Assembly: GCA_051294375.1 (NCBI GenBank)
Contig: CM119263.1
Location: 10,373,515-10,437,514, forward strand
Reading direction: 5' to 3'
Length of the DNA stretch: 64,000 bases
DNA from: Paraspadella gotoi
Lineage: Eukaryota > Animalia > Chaetognatha
Position numbers and translations under genes: made by a program. The notes beneath the pieces are model-generated. The model was given only the letters and a program-made list of their open reading frames with translations, searched no databases and had not been told where the DNA came from. Below, piece after piece: positions 43,942 through 57,980 of this stretch (the first letter of the stretch is position 1; every line of letters begins with the position of its first letter).

Positions 43942-43983
43942 TTTTCTATTTTTATATTTTATGAAGGATTTAGTATTTAATCT
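43942..43983 (+). repeat. 42-bp dispersed repeat, identical to 9221-9262
   Basis: Exact match to 9221-9262. Confidence 0.85.
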
Positions 43984-44070
43984 ATATTAATAATCTATGT
44001 TACAATCATTGAATTTTGGAGAAACTTTTATGCTCATTTCCTCGTCCTCATCAACGTCTTGTTAGTTTCT

Positions 44071-44116
<46 letters not shown>

Positions 44117-44271
44117 GCGCTATTCTCTTTGAAATAATCTTCATCCTCTTCATCTTCATCTATCTTCGTCTTCATCGTCGTCGTTGTCTTCACCGACGTC
44201 GTCATCTGCGCTATTGGGCAGAAAAAAAGAAGGAAATCAATTTCCACTCGAATCGACTGAACAAACATCCA

Positions 44272-44305
<34 letters not shown>

Positions 44306-45416
44306 AGGAGAAGCAATTCGAACGAGTCGTTTTAAACTTATCTCCGCTGCGAATGAGGTTGGGGTGAGGTATTGGGTTGAGTCGCGCCGCATGAGTAAGT
44401 CTATCGGTGAAAAGATGACGGGTAAGGCTGTCGAAAGGTGAAACGTTGAAGGAAAAAGGGTGAGGTAAATCGGTCAGCAGCTGCGAGGGAGAAGGCGTGG
44501 CTGCAGAAATATTCCGGTTATCACTTGGAACTGACATTTGTAGGCGATTTAAAAGTTGAAAAGTTTTACAACCACCGCGCGGTCAGGTTTTTGAATATAA
44601 GAAAAAAAAATATATTAAATTATGCTGGTTTTAATTAAACTAAAAGATCCTCGTTTTGTTTTTAATTCGTAAAAAAATAATTTCAAAAAATAAAAGGCGG
44701 CGCAGTCTTGCGGCCGGGCAAAAGGAACCGACAAACCGACAAACGAATGGCGATCGATTGAAAACCCAAAAATTGCAATAAAAATAAAAGTTTAAAAATT
44801 AAAAAAATGAAAACGTGAAGATCGGAAGCGTGAAAGGCGGCGCAATTAACTCTGACAGTAAAAATCTTTACGATTCGTTCGACCTTCTCGACGCGTTTAA
44901 AGCCGAACGCTCGCGCAAGCGTTCTCCCCCGCCCGACCACTCGCTCCTCTACTCTTTTTCCTTTCGCAATCCCCAACTGGATTTCTTCTTTCTTTGCTTT
45001 TTCCTCTTCTTCTCGTTTCCTCACCCGAATCATCCCTCACCCCCTTTTCCCCTTCACGCAGAAACTCACCTTTTTTTTTCTCCTCCACTGTCTCATCTTC
45101 TTGTTTGCTCTTTTCCACCCGCGCTCCTCCTTTTTCCCCTCGTCCTTCATTTCACCTTTTTTTTTTTTTGAAACTCTCTTGCCCATGAGACGCTGATGAC
45201 TCTAAGAAGAGTAGATCGCGAATTTTCACTTTGCTTTCCATTCCTAGTGTGAAATCTGTACCAGAAAATCTGAGTCACACTCTCGCTTTATCATCACCAA
45301 TTCAAGAAAACTCTTGAAGGCGCAACACATTAAATATCCTCATTCCTCAGACCCCCCAATTTTGGCCCCCTTTCCATTTTACTCCCTCCTCGATCTTTGA
45401 TGTCGAAACCATTCAG

Positions 45417-45573
45417 TTTGGCGGGAAACGTCGTAATATCCGTCCCCGTGGAGGGCGCGCCTCCACCGAAACCGGCGCCGTTATCCAAAGCGGCGCCAAA
45501 CTGCGTCTTTGGCGCCCTGTACCTTCCCATTACGGCGCCGCCTTTCAAATGGGCGCCACAAAGATTTGAAGGC
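45417..45573. promoter_or_regulatory. GC-rich cluster of E2F-type and CHR-type motifs (putative regulatory element)
   Basis: TTTGGCGGGAAA at 45417; GGCGCC at 45474, 45492, 45511, 45534 and 45552; TTTGAA on both strands (45544-45549 minus, 45565-45570 plus). Function is inferred from motifs only. Confidence 0.35.
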
Positions 45574-45613
45574 GTAGAAAGAGGTCCAGTTGAGGGAGAG
45601 AGGGGAGGAAGGG

Positions 45614-45667
<54 letters not shown>

Positions 45668-47882
45668 AGAAGAGAGAGAGAGAGAGAGAGAGAAGATAAA
45701 CGATATCGATCCAAGGAAAAGGAAGGAAAAGAGAAGTAAACAAAAATCCGAAGTTTGGAAAATAAAATTGAGTCTTCAACTCAAAGATTTTCAAATCGTT
45801 TTCCTTCCATTGAGGGAAATGGAGATGGGACAATATTGAATTGCTAATGGAAACGGAGATGGGACGAGAATGACTCTTGGGAGGAGTGTGGGGATGGAAC
45901 CGATGGAACCGACAATGAACGACCTGATGATTGTTTGAACAACTACGGGTACTAATAATGAAAACGAGATGGCACTCGATTCTGAAATTGAATAATAGAA
46001 ACTGGATGAGATGAAAAGTTGGTAAGTTGGCAAGTTGGTAAGCGATGGAGGACTTCCTCGTTGATGTCGTCAAAATCGATTCCCACCTTCGAAGTTCTTA
46101 AAAAGGAGACACAATAAAAGTCGGGTTCAGATGGAGTCTCGCTCGGGACGTGATGCCGGGGGAAGAGGAGGAGGAGGAGGAGGAGGAGGAGAAGAAGAAG
46201 AAGAGAAGGGGAGGAGACGACAATGCTCAAAGTAAACGACGAAGACGACGAAGTCTACACAACGGTGACAACGACGACGCTGACACGGACGGCGACAATG
46301 ACAATTACGACGACAAAGACGACGACGACTCTCGCGCCACCACGCGCGCCTTCAATCACCGGAAATGACCCGAAAAACTGTCTTTACTGCGTCGGCGTCT
46401 AATTTAGGACTTTGAATAACCCGAGCGTCGACCCGCGGAAGGGAGAAGGCGGCGCGAGTCGTCAAAAGGCCCAAATACTTTCACCTCCCGAAAAGTTTTT
46501 CACTCCCGAGAAATACAAAGCGAAAAGTGTTTGCGACCTCGAAAAAAAAAAAAACGAAAAAAAAACCGTGAAAATAATAAAATAAGCTGTACAAAAGGGG
46601 CTAATCTTATAAACTTAAATTTTTTATTCAAGTTGAAAAACAGTATGCCAGTTTAAATATTCTGAATATGAGTTCAACAACAACAACAACAACTACCAGA
46701 TTCCCAGATATCTCGAGATTTTGAGGTGAAGATTTCTGGTTTTCGAGGCAGCGAAGCGAGAGGACAGCGGATCGATCCTTGAGATTGTCTCAAGTGGTTC
46801 TCATTCATTTTCATTGTTCTTTTGGTTCATTATTTTCTTCTTATTATTTTTCATTCTTAAAAAAAAAATTCTTTTTAGCTAAATTTTAGATCAATTTAGC
46901 TTTCTTCCTTGCTCGCATGATCTAATAGCTTATACTTTTTATATCATTTTGTTTTATTACTTTAAACGTTCTTTACTTCTTTCCTTCTTTCTTTTATTAT
47001 TTTTTTCTCCTCTATCTTTTATCCTTCCATCGTTTATTTTCTCCGCGAATTAAGCGTCTGATTTAGTCACCGATGCCGTGACGACGACGACGACGATAAC
47101 GACGATGTTAACGACGACGACGACGACGACGATACTATTCATCTCCGTCCAGATGAAAGATCTTCTTTCCTTCGATGGAACGAAGGAAGATTTTCTTTCT
47201 CCTCTTCGGCTGGGAAAGGTAAGTCGCAATCGTCTCTCATTCTTCGAGGTAATGAGACTTAATGATTGATTAAATAAGGATTGCCTTTCGGTGAAGGCAG
47301 TTTTAACGAGGGGTTGTGGAATCGGAGACTTGAAAGGCGTTGGCTGAACGGGTCTCGCGGGGGTATTTAGATAAAAGCATTTCTCAAATTAAGTTATGAA
47401 GAGAATTTAATTGGATTTAACTTGATTTAATTGTATTTAAGTGTAATTTTAACTCTCTTCATCGGCAAACGTGGCAATCGCTTAAAAAGTTCAAAAATAT
47501 TATACGTATATATAAGTAATAAGAATAACGCATTGAATCGGAAACATTACGTAGCTGAGCGAAAGTTATAATTTTAAAAATTTTATTAATACGAGCTCCA
47601 TTTTACTTATCCGCAATCTGTCAGAATCGCAGCGTTCACAGTCGAGATTTTGTCGCTTCATCGAACGTCCTCAGATTCTATCCATCTGCCCGTCAAACGC
47701 AGGCGGCACCCACCGCGCGTGTGAATCGACGCATCGTAAGCATCGAGGCGAAACGAAACGCATCGTACACTCACCTCGATCTCGCGCGCACGCGCGTAAA
47801 AAAAAAAGAGAGAAAAAAAAAATCGGGATTTCTTATTCATGAATTCATGCATGAAGAAATTAATTGCTTCCTTATTCTCAAG

Positions 47883-47922
<40 letters not shown>

Positions 47923-47947
47923 CTCTCCTCTCTCTCTCCTCTCTCCT

Positions 47948-47991
<44 letters not shown>

Positions 47992-49265
47992 CATTCTCGT
48001 CGAATCTTCCCCCTCCTCCCCGATACTTTTCCAGCGCCTTCTTTTTATGTGAAAGTCACACCCACTTTCGCCGTCTCTTGACTGCTCCAGCGCTCCACGC
48101 TTCTTTCCTCGTCACTCCTTAGTCACTCCTTAGTCCCTCAGTCACACTTTTTTTCTCTTTGAATTTTATATTTGACGTTCCTACAGCTGGAGTTTCGATT
48201 ATCTTTTTAACTCTGTAATCTTTGGTTTATTGTTGAACATTCATTGCGACCTAATTAAGTTTTCTCAATCCCAGAAAAATTTATTCATGTCATAATCACT
48301 CCTACAGCAGCTGATCTGACTTACCTCGACACAGGCGTCCAAAGCAGCATCTCCCCTGCAGCTTAGCAGCACCCGACGGAAAATCATGGCTGCTTCTCCC
48401 TTGGCCGAGTCTCGAGGGAACTGGTCGTTTTCGTCGTCGTCGTCGTCGTTATCGCCGTCGTCGTCGTCGTCTTCGCCGTCGACATCTCAATCATCGTCTT
48501 TATCATCGTCATCATTGGCGCGATTTTTTTAACGGGATTTTTATATATTCCTTTGTCCCGTTGTTTTCTCAAGGCCTGGTTATAAGAAAATAAATAAAAA
48601 CTGCCTATAAATAAAATCTTGGAAATAAAAGGGGAATCTCTCTCGCTCTCTCTCTCTCTCTCCCTCTCTCTCTCTCTCTTTCTCTCTCTCCCTCACTCAG
48701 ATAACGACGTCTTCGGCCTTCGGGACTTCCCAATGGTTCGATTGAGAGAGTTTCTTCACCGCCACCTGCGACGTAGTTACAGATGATACACGAGCTGCTG
48801 ATGATGAAAAGGTTGCAGATGATTTGGACGCTAAACTAAAATTTATTTTATGTATTACGAAAATTTCAGTTCAATATTGGAGACACACATGCCCTTTTAC
48901 TACACTTTAAAATAAAACAAAAATTACGTTCAAATTTACATATTTTGTATGTATTTAAATAAATTTATCTCGTGACTGTTATTTGAAAGACGTTTCTGAC
49001 AAAGTCGTCACATTACTTCATAGTCACGCCTCTCGTGGCCGTGAGACTGTGACGGTGAGTCCGAGTCGACCCGCCTCGGCGAACCCGGGCCGTCGACACC
49101 TCAGCCTCATCGCTTAGATAAAGTGCCACGCCGTGTCTCGCCCCGTCACGCCGTGACAGGCTTGGTCGTGACAGATGGCACAGGTGTAGGACGAGACTCG
49201 TTACCGAGGCGATAAAATCCGGCCGTGAAAAAAAGGTGTCTCTATCTCTCCCCCCCTTTCTCTCT

Positions 49266-49350
<85 letters not shown>

Positions 49351-50200
49351 GCTCTCTTGCGCGTCAGACGGGAAACTTTTGTTTGTTTTACATCTCATTA
49401 ATTTCGGTTGTTTTTTTTTTCTCTCTCCTCTCTCTCTCTCTCTTTTAGGTCGTTAAGGGAGAAACGCGCGCTTTTCCCCTCAAACTCGTTTAATCTCACA
49501 TTCATTCTCGCATTAATTCTCACATTTATACTCGGATAAATTCTCATACAAATTCTCACATTCATTATGACTCAGTACTTAGGAAATATCATGAATTGAT
49601 AAGATTTAACTTAAGTTTTACGAAAAAACATTTAACATGTTTTGTGACGCCGATTTAAAAGGAGGTGACAGAGGAGACAACGACGAAGCCGACGACGAAG
49701 ACGACGACGAAACAAACGACGAAGAAGACGACAAAACCTACGAAGACGACGACGACAATTCCTACGACGACGATGATGATGACAGAGATGGCGTCGTGGT
49801 CTCTCCCAAGTGACGGAGGACGAGATTAATCTCGATCTTCACAAAAAATAAAAAGAACAAAGAGAAGAAAAAAAAGGTAAACAAACGAGACACAAACAAA
49901 ATCAACCAATGATGAAAATTCCCGGCGAAGAACATATAAAAGAAACCTTAAATCTTAAAAAAAATTGAGAAAAATAGGAGAACAAAAAGCAATAAACAAG
50001 AAACCATAAGTCATACGAACAAAACGAGAACTAAACGATAGTTTTTTTTTATTTGGGGGTGGGGGAGTTCTCTTTCCTTTTTCTTTCTTTTTTTTTCTTT
50101 TTTTTGTCAATTTTTCGCGTCGTTTCATCGTCCTTCGCGAAAAACGTCAAAAATCGAAATAGGATCGAAAATTGTGTTTCGAAATCAAAGAGAAAAGAGA

Positions 50201-50301
50201 GGAAATGGGAAGAGGAGATGAAGAAGATGGGAAATGGGAAGAGGAGATGGGAAGAGAAGATGGAGAAGATGGGAAATGGGAAGAAGAAATGAAGAAATGG
50301 G
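50201..50301 (+). repeat. Degenerate purine-rich tandem repeat (ggaaatgggaagaggagatg-like)
   Basis: ggaaatgggaaga recurs at ~50201, ~50230 and ~50272. Confidence 0.7.
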
Positions 50302-51464
50302 TAGGGAAAGCGGAAGAGAGGGGAAAGATAAAAGAGGTCAGCGGTTCTAAGAATTGAAAATATTTTACGCCATTAATTTATCTAATTTAGAAAGATTTAC
50401 CTCGACTACGAAGCTTTTATGAAAAAAATTGCTTGGAGCTTCAAAGATAGTTTCTTATTGTAAAAAATAAATTTTTAAACAATATTAGTCAATAATCATA
50501 AAGGGATCTGTTGTTCACGACAAAGCTATCATCTCTTGTAACCAGTTTTTGAGAAGAGAAAAGAAAGAGATAAGAGTAAAATTAAATCAGTTTGAAGTAA
50601 TGTTCGGAACCAAGAAACCTCTATTTATTTCATCGTCTTGCTTACGGCTCAGTGCTTTTGGGATGCAATGTAGTCATAATGAAGAATAAAAGAGACCAAA
50701 GTGACCCGGGATGTGGAAAACCGGCTTGAGGTGAGAAAAGGGAAGTATGTCAGAAAAATTCCGATCTCGAGTTAAGAATATGAATATAAGAAGAGATGAA
50801 AAAGGCAGGCGGAGAGAGGCGGACGAGATGGATGGGAAGAGACGAGAGAGAGAGACGAGAGAGAGAGAGAGAGTAGGATAGAGGAGAGTCAGGAGCGAAG
50901 AGAGAGGAGAGAAGAGAGAGAGAGAAAGTGAGAGAGAGGACATATAAGTCGAAATTTTGTTTTTGTTTATTGTTCAATTTTCCGCGGTGTCTCCTCAATT
51001 TTTCTTCTTCCTTCACTTTCTTTTTCCTCGGTCATTCATCCTAACTTTGAAATATATACTTTCTCTTCCCCGTACATCTTCACATAACCCCCCACAAAAA
51101 TCTTACAAAATCTCGCTTTAATGATAATTCCTCCCAGGATCGACTCACAACCTCACAACCTCAACTATTCTCTGTGAAAGGTTTCTGTTTTGACCAGTCG
51201 CTATTTTACATCAATCAACATTACCTTACCTTCCCTTATTTCAACATGTTCCTTTACTAATTGACCCACAAAGCTTTCTCCACAGTTTTCTTTCTCCTTC
51301 CTCCCATACTTTTTCTTTTCTCCTTTCACTATTCACCCCATGTTCTTTCACCCTGTCCCCTCCACACCCCCCAACGCTCTCTCCTCTTGCACAGTTGGCT
51401 CCCGTATTCCTCTCCGTTGATCCGAAAAATGGAAAACAGCGAAATCGGGAACAAAAGTTACTCT

Positions 51465-51515
<51 letters not shown>

Positions 51516-51809
51516 ACATCCGGTTTGTCATCTACAACGTAGAAGTGTTTTGTTGGATATCGTCGTCCCTGTCGTCGTCGTCATCGTCATCGTCATTTAC
51601 ATTATCAACTTCTTTTTCATTGAGGTTGTCATCATCGTTGTTTAGCTACTGCTGTCGATGGTATCGTCGACTTTGATGACTTACCCTGAATTAATCATTG
51701 TCATCATAATTATTAAGAAAGTTCTTTAAGTTCTTCATTCGACTTTTTCTTTGTCATCATAATCATCGTCGTTCCAATATCATAATTGTCGTAGTTTTCT
51801 TCTTCTTCT

Positions 51810-51850
<41 letters not shown>

Positions 51851-51984
51851 TTTTTTCTTAGAAGATCCTTCGATCCGGAAATAAGATCAACCGACGTCAA
51901 ACGTCGAGATCAAGGGGCTATCTCTGTCTCAGTCTCTCTCTGTCTTCTCTGTCTCTCTATCTCTCCATCTTATTTCCTTCCTTG

Positions 51985-52023
<39 letters not shown>

Positions 52024-52719
52024 AGACAAAGTTCTTACCCTTTTTCCATACAAAACGTAATAAGCTCTAGGGCTTATCAAAATTAATGAGCGTTACCAAA
52101 ATGATATTCGTTGGGCTGGCAGGGTTCAGAAGAAAGCGAGAAAAAGGGAGCGAATTATTAAACTGTTTTTTTGTATTTTAAAAATGTTCCATACCTCAGA
52201 AATTTAAAAAAAAAAATCCTATTTAACATTATTTTTTGTCATCACTCAAATTGTTCTTCTCTGCGCGACCTTTTTCATTTCATTAACCCTTTCCTTCTAT
52301 CCCATCTTATCCAATTCTATCCAATTCTATCCTTCCTCCAATAACCGTTTTTCTTTTACTCCTTTTCTTCTACCAAAAGCAAAACCTCTCTTCCATTTCT
52401 TTCCCCATTTCGCCTCCACCCACTAATCCCTCGATTCTCGAATTACGACAATCGATTTAAAAATCGAGGAAAATAAACAAAAAAACATCGGAAAGAATTC
52501 GACAATAGAGTCTTCAGAGATTTATCGTCGAATAAAATTTCTTTCCGATCGCAGATTTTTCCCGATCTTTTAAAGTTTTTTTTTTTTTTGGTATAATTTT
52601 AAAATGCGACATGAAATCTTCGTTTTAGCCAAAATCCTTTATATTAGAATAGGGCACTTTTTTTTAGAAAGCGAACCCTTTCTATTTTTAATTTGGAACT
52701 GAATTTTAATCCAAATATT

Positions 52720-52930
52720 TAACTCTAATCTTTAACTAAATACTTAACCTAATTCTAACGTCAAGCCTAAACCTTACCCTTTACCCTAATCCCTAATCTT
52801 TAACCCTAATAATTAACCCCATCGCTTAACCTCAACCATAAACCTTAACAATATCTAACCGAATAATTAACCCCCTAACCATAACCCCTAACCTAACCCA
52901 ACCCCTAACACTAACCACTAATATACTCCT
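52720..52930 (+). repeat. Degenerate interstitial (CCCTAA/TAACC)-like tract
   Basis: Many ccctaa, taaccc and taacct variants with strong G depletion over ~210 bp. Confidence 0.75.
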
Positions 52931-54848
52931 AAAAATGTGCGCTCGCTCTCGCAAGAAAAAAAAAGTTCAGTTATCCTTATTTGTTTACTTTTTGTTAATG
53001 GTTCTTGTGCCACTTACGTCGAGATTCCGATTTTTTTTTTGGGGGGGGGAGGTGGGTGGGTTTGTGGTGGGGGGGGGAGGCTCATTAATCACAAAAGAGA
53101 CAGAAAAAAAAAAAAAAACAGAATCGAAATCGGCGAATTCAGATTACGAAATAAGAAAGATAATGTGCGCGAGGCGCCGAAGAGGCTTAAAATGTGTATG
53201 CGGCAAAATAATGTTAAGAATGTTTAGCGTTTAACTTCAATAGCCCTTTTCAATTTTTGACGTTTTGTTAGATATTCGTAATTCTCATAAAAACAATGCC
53301 CGAAAACTTAAACTTAAGCTCTAATTGTGAAATTGTGAAATTGTGAAATTGTGTTTTTTAAGCGGCGATAAGGCATCTTTGATAGATGTCGTTTAATTCC
53401 ACTGCGATTTTTTTTTTAATAGCAGATTGCCATCTGGGAACCTCCAGTCGAATAACAAATGGAGACTTAGAAAAAAATAATTCTCTCTCTCTCTCTTCTC
53501 TCCTTCTCTCCCTTCCTCTCTCTCTCTCTCTCTCCTCCTCTCTCACTTCTTCTCTCTCTCTCTCACCAGGTGGTGAATTACACTGGGTGGTTTTTACGAT
53601 CGTCAGTAGAAGGAGGTGATTTTTTCTATTCCTCCGAAGCAGAAAGGAGAGAGAGGAGGCGAGAAGAGTCACCTCGTTATCTCTGTCAGTCCCGCAGCAG
53701 CCTTTTTCCTTTTCCTTTTTTATACTTTCCTCCATTTTTTTCTTTCCTTTTCTTTCTTTCTTCTATATTCTCTTTCCTCTCTCCTCTTTTATTTCACCTC
53801 TCTTTTCCTTCACCCTTTCTCTCAATCTCTTTCACCTCAGGCAGCGTGATCCTATCGTTGCCCACGTGCGATCGCTCGAGTAAAGCGCGTGAGTGATAAA
53901 ATTTTTACTTCAAAAGCGAATCGTGGTCCAGTTTGAAAAAAAAAACCGCTTTTCCAAAGAACTTTGGGGAAAACATTGATCGGCCAGAGTTGGTTGCTTC
54001 GATTGTTTGCACAGACAGCATTTAATAAAAATATTGAGCGAGTTAACAATATTTTTTGATGCCTCTGTAGTCTGTATATGTAATTAAAGAAAATCATACC
54101 CTTTAAAAATTTTTTTTGAGTGAAACAGTAGCGCAAATTGACATCCCTGAATTCCAAGTTCAGGTTCAGAAAATTACTCTCATTCGCTTCACACCGATAT
54201 CAGTCTCCTAAATTTACTTCTGGTCGTATCAACAGACGTGAACCATTTTTCAATAAACGACCCAATTCAGAAATCTAACGAAATAATAGAGACACAATTA
54301 CACGATTAACTTTGCCGCCCCTCTTCCGTACCCCGTTTCATCCATCGATCTACCCCCCCTTCTCCAGACCTCTCCTCCAGTTAGCTTTCCTGTTTCTCTA
54401 AGACAGATAAGAAGTGAATTTGATATTCAGCCCTGCGCCGTGGACCCAGGAGGAAACAAGCGAACCGAAAAAAAGGGGGGGCGAGAGAGAGAGAGANNNN
54501 NNNNNNNNNNNNNNNNNNNNNNNNNNNNNNNNNNNNNNNNNNNNNNNNNNNNNNNNNNNNNNNNNNNNNNNNNNNNNNNNNNNNNNNNNNNNNNNNNNNN
54601 NNNNNNNNNNNNNNNNNNNNNNNNNNNNNNNNNNNNNNNNNNNNNNNNNNNNNNNNNNNNNNNNNNNNNNNNNNNNNNNNNNNNNNNNGGGGAAGAAATC
54701 AGGGTGTTGCGGGGTGGTGTTGTTGGTGAGCGATCTGAGGGGCAAAAGGATGAAAGATGTGAAATGGGACGTTTGAGGCTGAATAAGAAGAAGGCGCTCA
54801 CCTCGGGGTCGAGCCACCCCGCGCGTGTATCACTTTTGCGAGGTGATT

Positions 54849-54895
<47 letters not shown>

Positions 54896-55520
54896 ACGCG
54901 TCAATTGGACGAATGAATCAATTTCTTTTACTCGTTGATGCTCAAGGCTAAATGCAAATACATATTCTATGCTGGAAAACAAACAAGATTCATTTCTGAC
55001 TAACAATTCGACTTCTGGAATTTTCTTGACGTGAAAAAGTTATGAAAGTATGAATTAAGTACGAGTTTAGTTTTTAATTTTCCGAGAACTGAAAAAGCGA
55101 GACCGCTCGCGAAGACTAAAAGAATCGATTTAACCGGATTACCCATTTTCGAATTTTCGCTTCGCATCTTAATCCAAATAATTCGATTCCATTTTTTCCC
55201 CTTAAATAAAAAGAGAAAAAAAAAATTATGAAAAACGGGGGAAGATGAATCCTCTTCCTCTTCCTCCTCCACCGCTGCGGGGAGAGAGAGAATGGAAAAA
55301 AACCCGTCGAGCCTGATTGAATTAAGATTAAGGGAGTGAATAAATCGACAACCCAGGAAAAGTTGTGAGTGAGAGAGAGAGAGAGANNNNNNNNNNNNNN
55401 NNNNNNNNNNNNNNNNNNNNNNNNNNNNNNNNNNNNNNNNNNNNNNNNNNNNNNNNNNNNNNNNNNNNNNNNNNNNNNNNNNNNNNNNNNNNNNNNNNNN
55501 NNNNNNNNNNNNNNNNNNNN

Positions 55521-55556
<36 letters not shown>

Positions 55557-56574
55557 TTGGTGGAATTTTCGAGGTGAAGTTTCATCTGAATTTTAGTCCT
55601 TTATTCCGAGTTTTGATAAGAGCCACATTGGGACGGCGGGACGCTGACGACGTCGTTGTCGTCGAGGTAGTTGTTGTTGTTGCCCTTACCTGATCGTTGT
55701 TGTTCTTATTTTTAATGCAATCTTTAACAGGAAGTGATTGCAACAATAAAATGGATTTATTGAATAACAAAATTTAATTTTAAATTGAAACTGATAAGAT
55801 AAAATTCACAAAAGAAAGAGACCGGTAAAATATCACGATTGTTACGAGTTTATTGTTCCAGTTTTTATATTTCTACAAATTACAAATTAGAACTGATGCC
55901 GGGCGACGTTGGGAGATGCCAGGGAGACGAAAGCAGATGGCATCGGATGCACGTCATAATTTACTAAAGCGAATTCATGCAAATTTATGCGGGAACGCGA
56001 GGAGGAAGGCGAGAAAGGAAGTGTGTAACTAAACGAAATGTTTACAATGTGAGAGAGAGNNNNNNNNNNNNNNNNNNNNNNNNNNNNNNNNNNNNNNNNN
56101 NNNNNNNNNNNNNNNNNNNNNNNNNNNNNNNNNNNNNNNNNNNNNNNNNNNNNNNNNNNNNNNNNNNNNNNNNNNNNNNNNNNGAGAGAGAGAGAGAGAG
56201 AGAGAGAGAGAACTAAATACATTTAAAGCCACAACGATGTAAGAACAATGAATCCCGACGTCTTAGTAAATGATTTCGGTGCCATGACAATGCCGACACG
56301 ACGCTTTTTTGACACAGTAACATCAACAAGGAAACTCATTTAGAAGCCACAGAATCGCGATGGAAAATCCTCTCGACGCCTGGGTAACGCCATCTCAACC
56401 ATTTTTTAAATCGGCGCGAAAAAAATAGTAAAACGTGGAAAAACGTAGAGCGAAAAATCCTGGACGATTTTTCTTCCTTTTGTGAGATTTTATTTCCATT
56501 TTTCTCTTTGTCTTTTTTCCCCTTTGGGATGAGAGTGAGAGAAAGAAGGAAGAGAGACAGAGAAAGATATGAAA

Positions 56575-56658
<84 letters not shown>

Positions 56659-57857
56659 GCTCGCCCATTTTCCGTGAGATTCACGTTTACACAAAAACAA
56701 ATGTTTTATCGAAGAAGCTTTGGAACAACAAATAAATAAAATTATTGATAAAAAATATAAATGAAAAAATAAAAATAAAAAGAAGTAAAAAATGAATAAA
56801 TGTAAATAAAAAAAAATTAACAGATAAATGGATCAGTGAATACGTCAATAAATCAAACGAATGAGATTGTGATAATGTTTTTTTTTTCTTTTTAGATTTA
56901 ATTTTGTCGGAGCCACATAAGAGACGAATTGACGTATTTCTCCTTATATAATTTACACTATAATTTTCTACATAATTATGCCACTAAAAATACGTGTTGA
57001 CTCACCCACGTCTTGTTTTAACTCCAGCCCTTCTCTTCTTTCACCCACCGTCTTTTCGTACTCTCCCAGTCAATAACCTAATCCAATTATGGGGCTGNNN
57101 NNNNNNNNNNNNNNNNNNNNNNNNNNNNNNNNNNNNNNNNNNNNNNNNNNNNNNNNNNNNNNNNNNNNNNNNNNNNNNNNNNNNNNNNNNNNNNNNNNNN
57201 NNNNNNNNNNNNNNNNNNNNNNNNNNNNNNNNNNNNNNNNNNNNNNNNNNNNNNNNNNNNNNNNNNNNNNNNNNNNNNNNNNNNNNNNNNNNNNNNNNNN
57301 NNNNNNNNNAAGAACTATTGGTGTTTGCCCACCTCCTTTCTTTCAGATTTTTTTTCTTTCCCACACCCGATATTTTAATTTTTTTCTTTCCTCCGCGAAT
57401 TATTTCAATTTATTTCTAAATTAGATTAAAATTGGTTTACCGTCAATCAAGCTGGACGATGGACATTTTCCCGATTCCATTCAAGAATGACCATTGACCA
57501 AAATGCAGTGGGGTGGAATTTTGATGGCAGCAGGGAAGCCACCATAATTTTTTTAAATAAACCTCAAGGTTCTCTGGATGTAACATTGCTCTCATTGCTT
57601 CAACTAAATAAGTGGGTTGTGATTCTAATTGATTTTAATTTAATCAGATTCTTCCTGTACTGAAACAATGGGTGACAATTTGAACTTTCTACGTATCTCT
57701 TTCTCTTTCCTTTCCTCTCTTTCTTTCTTTCTTTCTTTCTTTCTTCCTCACTTTCTTTTTTCTTTCTCTTCCTCCAGTTTCTACTCTCTTTCGCGCCCAA
57801 GTTCCTTGACTTAATCTTAGTCTCTCGTGCAGAATGCAATTGCTAAGTCGCCCCTGA

Positions 57858-57980
<123 letters not shown>

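Noticed and set aside
45330-46073. 247-aa minus-strand ORF
   Set aside because: It runs through a (CT)n tract and AT-rich filler with no recognisable domain. The GC-rich part is better explained by the motif cluster.
53040-53080. G-quadruplex-capable G-run cluster (similar at ~11017-11065)
   Set aside because: Expected in low-complexity purine-rich DNA; homopolymer lengths are unreliable in this assembly and there is no functional context.
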